Source: Oculina patagonica | Taxonomy: Eukaryota | Direction: 5' to 3' | NCBI RefSeq assembly: GCF_052425735.1 | Contig: NC_135769.1 | Coordinates: forward strand, 18,538,001 to 18,602,000 | DNA: 64,000 nucleotides | The notes under the pieces: generated by a model | Databases searched by the model: none | The model's input: only the letters and a program-made list of their open reading frames with translations | Told to the model about the DNA's origin: nothing | Shown here: in pieces, positions 56,977 to 64,000 of the stretch | Layout: each line of letters opens with the position of its first letter | Numbering within the stretch: position 1 is the stretch's first letter | Made by a program: the position numbers and the translations under genes

Positions 56977-58608
56977 CCCATTCCTTTATTCATTTGAGGA
57001 GGAACCAAATGAATTTCTGAGCAAAAATTAGTAAGAAAGTTTTGATCACCAGCCTGAGTTACGCAGCCGTTGTTTGGGGTGGTTGCCCAACGCCCCATTT
57101 TGCGTACGGTAACAGGCAGAGAGCGATGTCAATGGGTGAGATGAATTCGAAGTGATGACGATTAGTGGACTTGAAGTAAATAAATATAGATTTAGGTCTT
57201 AAAACTAAAGAAAAAATAGATGAGCACTATCCTCAACCGGATGGGCGCTCACGGTAAGGGGCGTGGAGGGTTGTTTCACTGTGTTTTTTTTTCCGTTTCA
57301 TTCCTATATCGGAACGTTCCATTATTATACCTTATTGCTTAACTTTTGTCTTATCGTATGCTTCAAATGAAATTAAGCTATAATCCCCCTAAGGTCCCCT
57401 AAGGTGGACTGACAAAATAATGCTTTATGGTCCTGCGACGTTCTTAATACTTGTGTTCCGTTTAACCAAGAAGAATTAGTGCGGTTTTCTTTTGACTGTC
57501 GGAATTCAGACCAAGGTCCAGGACATGCAGTCTGGCCAATCAGGAATCAGCAATGACGAGCTTGCTGCAAAAACGCAAATAACAAAAGCGCGGAAACACG
57601 ATTGGTTTGGTTTTGCTCCTCATTCATGATGAAACCACTGCATTAATGATTCAGAGATGAAGCTACTGCAAGTTAAAGCACTTTGTACAGAACAACCACG
57701 AAAATGCAAAACCAAACTTATAAAGGTTATTTTTTTGGAAACCCGCCCTCCAGAATAGACGGTGTGTCAATATACTTGCCAGAAACCCCATAATACAGTC
57801 ATAATGAAAAAAATACTCTATTGCTTAGAGAAATAGTTCCTGGGTTAGCCAGTCGCGTGGTTGAATTTGATAAGTGGAGGCATAGTTAGTACAGTCCCTC
57901 TACTATGAGTAGAGGGAATTTCGCATTTGAAAAAGGGTTGGAAAGGAATTCGTCTGAAATATGTTTGGTCTATAGATGAATACCGCATAACTTTCAGTCA
58001 ATTAACAAATAAAAAGATCTTAACCGTGGTTTCTTCTGGTATAAATTACGCAAGGGAGTGACGGGTGAAACACTGACGAGCCGCGGGCGAGCGTTATAAA
58101 ATTAATTAAAGTTGAACTCACGTCCACTTAGTAACCTGCGATCAGGCTTTTTTTTTAATCATCGCAGGTTATCTACTTAGCAGAATCATGTTCTTATTAA
58201 TTTTGCGATAGAGCTGTCTATTTTAATCGTGAAATTTATCTGTTGGTTTGCAAAAAAAGATATTTGTTACAAATTTAAAAACTGCACGCATACGATTGAT
58301 AGTCACCCCTATCAAATTTGTCAATGTACTTTGTATTTCAGCTTTATCTTAATCACTGAAGTATCTTACTTTTAGTATACATTTTAAAATTTTCAAATGA
58401 TTTTTTTCCTTTTCCTTAGTATTTTAAAATTATTAACCTGTTAACTTTAAGGTTGTTCACAAAACTGAAGAGCCATACAAGACAAGGAGACTAGATGACT
58501 ATGAACCCCCGCATTACCCTCATTGTAATAAAAACAATTAAGCTTTTGCCTTTCCTTGGTTTATTACAAACCCTTTACAAAGTCCTTGCAAACATTAGTT
58601 CAGTAATA

Positions 58609-58783
58609 CAGTCAACTCTCGTTAAAGCGGACACGCTCGGGGCGTCGTTTGGTGTCCGTTATAGTGAGAGCCCATAATAGCGGGAGTCATTTCCAGTCAA
58701 ACCTCTTTCGCCGGGGATCTGGTTTTTGTCCGTAATAGCGAGTGTTCGCAATAGCGGGATGTCCGCAAGGCGAGAGTTAACTG
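58609..58783. mobile_element. MITE (cagtcaactctcg...cgagagttaactg)
   Basis: Terminal inverted repeats; internal cgtaatagcg repeats. Confidence 0.7.
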
Positions 58784-59495
58784 CATACCAGGTCAAATTT
58801 AGACATAATTTAATTAGTTGGCCTTTAGAGTACTTTTACAGAAAATTCTCCAAATCATCATCCCCCTCACACAACTAAAACATGATATACCGGTAGCTAG
58901 GAAAAAAAAATGCAAAGTCTGTTTTAGAATGAAGTAACTTTAAGTGTTCTTATTCTCCCTGTATGGTGTGCTACTACATTATAAGTCATCAAACCTTACT
59001 TGTCAGTTTGCATCAACAAAAGTAAATTCCGAGATACACATGAAACAAACTTGAATTACAGCTTGCCTTTAGACAGGCAACTCTCAAAAATGTTTACTTG
59101 TCCAGGGTAGTTATTTGCTTGTCTAAGTTTATTTTTTGGGTCTAAAAATCAACACTCAGGTCAGCAGATGGCTTGCATGCACCCTTATTTCTTAGGCAAG
59201 TGAAAATTAAAACTTACTTGCCCAACAGAAAAAATCTACTTGTCCTGGAGGAAAAGACAGGACCTTTTTTCGAGCCCTGAATTATTACTTAGTGATCATA
59301 TACTATCTGATTTAAAATTATACACTCGTAGCTATTAAAATATAGTCAAATTTTGTTTTATTATAATTTTTTGTGTGTGAAATACTTGGCCACTTAACAA
59401 ATGGCCACTTCACTTAATACATGTTTTATAGAGCTTTATGCAGTAGTATGCAATTAAGTGGCCAGGTGTTGTGCATTTAATAATTTTACATTACA

Positions 59496-59787
59496 TTATA
59501 GTCTTTTCCAAAGACTGTTCTCTGCTACACTTTTTTCAACAATGATAAAAAGTTGTACTGCTGGTAAGGACAACATATCTGTTAGAAACTTGACAACTTT
59601 CTCTTCATTGCCAATACACTGAGGAGACGAAAGTTTGGAGTCTAAATTGTAGTAATTGTCATTTATTTTCCGAACTGCAAACCAGTGAGGTCTCTTGATG
59701 GGTACTTCTAGCCAAATAAGATTAACATTTGATGGTTTGTTCACTACAAATCCAAAGATCTGCTGAAGTTCAAGTGTTTCTAGGCCC
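59496..59787 (-). CDS. JOSD: Josephin-domain deubiquitinase (JOSD1/JOSD2-like), last coding exon
   Basis: After a tgcag acceptor: GLETLELQQIFGFVVNKP...PIKRPHWFAVRKINDNYYNLDSKLSSPQCIG...VAENSLWKRL*. Contains the Josephin catalytic His (HW) and Asp (NLDS). The catalytic-Cys exon was not found in the window and is presumably beyond 64000. Confidence 0.9.
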
Positions 59788-60933
59788 CTGCAATAAAGGA
59801 AAATCAACATGTATAAATTTAATTAAACAGAAACAAATCAATGGATTGCTTCATCACTGCTGTACAAACAGGAGTCAAGCGCCAACACTGATGAGAGAAC
59901 CCTGGCTCCTTCAATCCTAATAGGATTGGGACAGAGTTCAGTAACTGCACTTTTACCTCTCATGAATTAGCAGACTCTCAGCTTCTAGTGCAATTTTTGA
60001 TTGAGTGTTGTAAATCCAAAACCAAAGCAATCATTTGGCCAATCAAAAGACACAGACAATCCATTGGACCAGTCAAAACACTAAGCAAATACAAAAAGCC
60101 AGTATGAAATGTAGGAAAACGGGTGTGAGCGAATCACAATTTATATTGGTTTTGGTTTTACTTTTTATTGGTTAAGAAATTCAAAATGGTGCAAGTTGTT
60201 TTAAACCAATTAGTTATTACTAAACATAGTAATGCAAAACCAAACTCAACTGATAATCGTTCTGTTTGAAATCCACAAATCTGATTGGTTCTCCCATTGT
60301 TATCTATTCGCTGATAGAATACAATTACATTTGTTCTCGACTTTTCTGTGTGAATCTGTTCTCTTGCCAACCATTTAATGCTAATGTCAACTGGCTGCCT
60401 GGCTCCACTAGCCCTTATGGTTATTCCAGGCAGCCAGTACTCTTACTTTTTTGTGTAAGTGTAAGAGTACATTAAAGGTTGTTGCTGTTGTTGTTGTTGT
60501 TGGGAGTACTAAATCACTCAGACTTTGCACCCTCATTTTTGAGTTATTTTTTCAAAATAGCTCTTTAGTCGGCGCGATGGACCTGTAATCAGTGAAGTAT
60601 GTGGGTTTGTCACACCAATCAGATTTCAGGTACTATCGGAACCAATCAAATTGTAGCTTATAAAGGGGAAGCAAACTGACGTAGTCAGCAATTTCGTTCG
60701 AAGTTTTTAGATTAGAAGGAGGCGGAATCGGTGAGTTGTGATTTAACCCTGGATTAAAAACGTTTTTCGTAACGCCCGCCTGCTTACAACGCACACGCCG
60801 TGAGCAAAAGGCCCAACAATAACTTGTTATTCGTCTTATTCGAGCGTACGTTTGGAGAGGCTAGCTTTCCTGACCGTAGTAAAAATAACATATAACATTT
60901 GCACAAAGCAGATTTGAAGAATAATGTTGTCAT

Positions 60934-61662
60934 TACTTTTGCCGCCCGCTTTGCGAAGTTCGTTGGGAAATTGGAAAGTTTGTTATGAAGTTGCCAAATA
61001 GGTTGCGAGTTTGTGAATCAAATTGTGAGCTTCGATACAAAGTTCCCAACTTCGGCCCGAAATTAATAAAACCTTCTATAATTATGTTATCAAAAAGGGC
61101 TTTGCTACGCTAAACTATTGGAAACAAATGTCATAAAAATAAAAAACTTTTATGTTCAGCGAGCCGTAAACATGTTGTCTCGAACAAATTAGTCTGTCGC
61201 GTCGCGTCAGCTTCGATCAAAATCAATAAACCATCCAGTTTCATCCGGTTTACAAACGCAAAAGACTTGAAATTGAAGACAGTGAAGATTATGCCTCACA
61301 GAAATCGTTAAATATGTGTTTTCATACAAAAAAGTTAAAATTTGACCAAATTTCTACCTGCATGAAATTTATTTATCGCCAAATCACTTGCGTGATCGCT
61401 GCTGCGAAACGTTGTCTTGCACTTCAAGCTACTTCAACTTTCCTTGACAAGCTCTAAAATCTTCGAGTTCAGAAATCGCCATGACTTTCGAGCAACATGT
61501 CTTGTTTCTCCTCAACTACCAAAACTTCGAAAGTTCAGTCGGGCCGAAGTTGGGAACTTATCGAAGTTCGCAATTTGATTCGCAAACTCGCAACGTAATT
61601 GGCAACTTCATAACAAAGTTTCCAATTTCCCAACAAACTTCGCAAAGCGGGCGGCCAAAGTA
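60934..61662. mobile_element. Non-autonomous DNA element with ~125-bp TIRs
   Basis: tacttttgccgcccgctttgcgaag...ttcggcccga (60934-61060) is inverted at 61539-61662. No clear TSD. Confidence 0.75.
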
Positions 61663-62090
61663 AACTGAAATCAACTGTAAAACATCTCGTTCAAATATTT
61701 AATGAACCAGTACAAGTACTAGTATTAACTTTGCTGTTAAAAGCAACTACAATGGATAGCAAAAACAGAATAAGAGCGTGCCATTCCGTGACAGTTTGAT
61801 ATCTCAATTAGTTCTTGTTTGTTGAATAGAATTTAGGTTGTAAATGAAAGAAAATCTTTGTTGAACAGTTCTGACAGGAAACAAAGACTCCAGGTATACT
61901 GCGCTTTAAAGAACTTTCCCGAAGAACGTGGTTTTTGATTTGATGCGTTTATTACTTCGTTTATTATAGTACTTTTCGTTCAATGTCTGTATGAAAACGT
62001 GGCTTTTTCGAGAAAAACAAGGGTATCGTGTTACGTTCGTTTTTAAAAAACAAAGGTCTCATGTTACAAAAGTGAGAAAAACAACAATAT

Positions 62091-62290
62091 AGTAAGTAAG
62101 TAAGTAAGTAAAGTCTTTATTTAACGAGGGTAGCACTAAAATAGCATAAAAACACTAACAAACCAGTGGCCCTCAATAATTATTTACAATAAAATATAAA
62201 AATACACAGAACAATACGAATATTAAAACTATGGATAAACTATGAAATATTACGAATAAAAATACAAGAAATACGAGATAAAATATTACA
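62091..62290 (-). repeat. Probable LINE (CR1/L2-type) 3' tail remnant
   Basis: Minus strand aataaagac followed by a (ttac)n microsatellite tail. Confidence 0.4.
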
Positions 62291-64000
62291 AGAAGCTCTT
62301 AGAGCTTTAAACTGCGCTGGTCACGTGACCACCCTAAGGGTAGCCATGGGGGGAGAATAAAAATGCACCCCACCCCCTTATATCCCCTTTATCTGCGTCA
62401 AACAATGTTGCGACTGACAAGCAAAATGGTAAGAAAACACCTTGTGTGACATTTCATGGTTGACTAGTTCCATCCGCAATTAAATATTTTTCCTATATGC
62501 TAATGCTGGCCAAATTTAATTCCCACGATCCTGATCCGTAAACCAAAAAAACGCTTATCCGGACGACGGGATTTTTTGGGCGAAGGTTTACAACAACTGC
62601 CCCTGGGTCTCCGAGGATAAACTTTACAATTGATAAGTACGTCTGGCTTCACGCAAGGAACGTAAATATCCGTGAGAATTTTGACAGTATTCCTATTTGC
62701 ATAAAACTGAAAATGGCCCAATGACAATGTTTCGCAGTTTCTATAAAGTTACTACTATTTTTGAACCTCTTCAACAGTTCAAAATTTATTTGACCCTGTT
62801 TCGGTTTTCGTATTACAATAGGCGGTTGTAAAAATGCAGCGTCTGACAAACTTTGTGTACATTTCATGGTTGACTTGTTCTAGCCGCGATTAATAATTTT
62901 TCTTATATGCAAATTCTGGCCGAATTCCCACGTGCGGACGCTGAAGCTGTTTTTAGAACAGAGGGTATTTCCCTAGCATACCGAATGACGTAAGCGGTAC
63001 AAGTCAGGGCATGTTTGTGAAGGGAATTTTTCTTTTTCTCTAAAATCCTTTCAATGACACAGGCCCAACAAAAAATAGATTACCCTTAAGAGAAATACTT
63101 TGCAATAAATTTGTTTAGTAAAGACCAAAGGATTCGCAAAGATTTGATAGGTAGCTTACATAGCTTTAAAACATTACGTGACTTGAGCTCTAGCCGATCG
63201 AAAGTGAAACTTGTCATGTCAGCACATTCTTTTACACCAACGTAATGGTATTTATTCACAGATTCTGGCCCGCTTAATTATATTTCTCTTTGAAAGCGTG
63301 GAAATTTAGTATTTTCCATGGACTTAACGCTTCAAAATGGAATAGTTCACAATAAACATACTTTATAAAGACAAAAATAGAGAAACTTTTTCCATTTGTT
63401 ACTGATTTGTAGCTTCTAAACATTACGTGACTTCAAGCTCGACCGAGTGGAGGTCTGGGACAGGTCACCGACAAAACGAAAAAAAATAATAATAACAAGA
63501 AGCTCTTAGAGCTTAAAACTGCGCTGGTCACGTGACCAACCTAGGGGTAGTCTTGCGGGGAGAATAAAAAATGCACCCCCACCCCCTTATATTCCCTTTA
63601 TTTGCGTCAAACAATGTTGCGACTGACAAGCAAAATGTGGGGGAACAAAAAATGCACACACCCCTTATCCCCTTTACCTGTGTCAAAAAATGTTGCGACT
63701 GACAAACAAAATGGTAAGAAAACACCTTGTGTGACATTTCATGGTTGGCTAGTTTCATCTGCAATTAAATATTTTTTTTTAATATACGCTAATGCTGGCC
63801 AAATTTAATTCCCACGATCCTGATCCGTGAAACCAAAAAAATCGCTTATCGGAACAACGGGATTTTTCAGGCGAAAGTTGCCCCTGGGTCTGCAAGATCA
63901 ATTCATAAGTCTTGCTTCACGCCAGAAACGTAAGTATCCGTGAGAATTTCGACAGTATTCCCTATTTGCATAAAACTGAAAACTGGCCCAATGACAATGT
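62288..64000. repeat. Diverged direct repeats (62288-~62735 and 63495-64000)
   Basis: Both begin acaagaagctcttagagc..aactgcgctggtcacgtgacc and share collinear sequence through gcataaaactgaaa..ggcccaatgacaatgt. Confidence 0.8.

Overview
AT-rich, intron-containing eukaryotic DNA. The repeat families look like those of a cnidarian, probably a stony coral (inference from recalled repeat families). The window is dominated by a complete 21-exon KIF19-type kinesin-8 gene on the minus strand (10381..51803, about 1127 aa after manual splicing). Its intron 11 is about 24.7 kb (18676..43413). That intron hosts an antisense tandem array of intronless genes for an unrecognised ~538-aa, probably 11-TM membrane protein: four intact copies, one frameshifted copy and three short fragments. 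The copies are almost identical at both ends, variable in TM1-TM5, and preceded by ISRE/IRF-, kappaB- and STAT-like motifs. This array is the best candidate for an undescribed system, possibly immune-inducible receptors or channels. The same intron carries a 5'-truncated Penelope-like retroelement with an atypical hammerhead ribozyme motif. Upstream of the kinesin are a nested transposon cluster (including a 1.5-kb IS3EU-like foldback element) and the last coding exon of a Josephin (JOSD) deubiquitinase. Many MITEs with recognisable TIRs/TSDs, tRNA-derived SINEs and hairpins fill the rest. No database searches were possible; all family assignments are from motif recognition.
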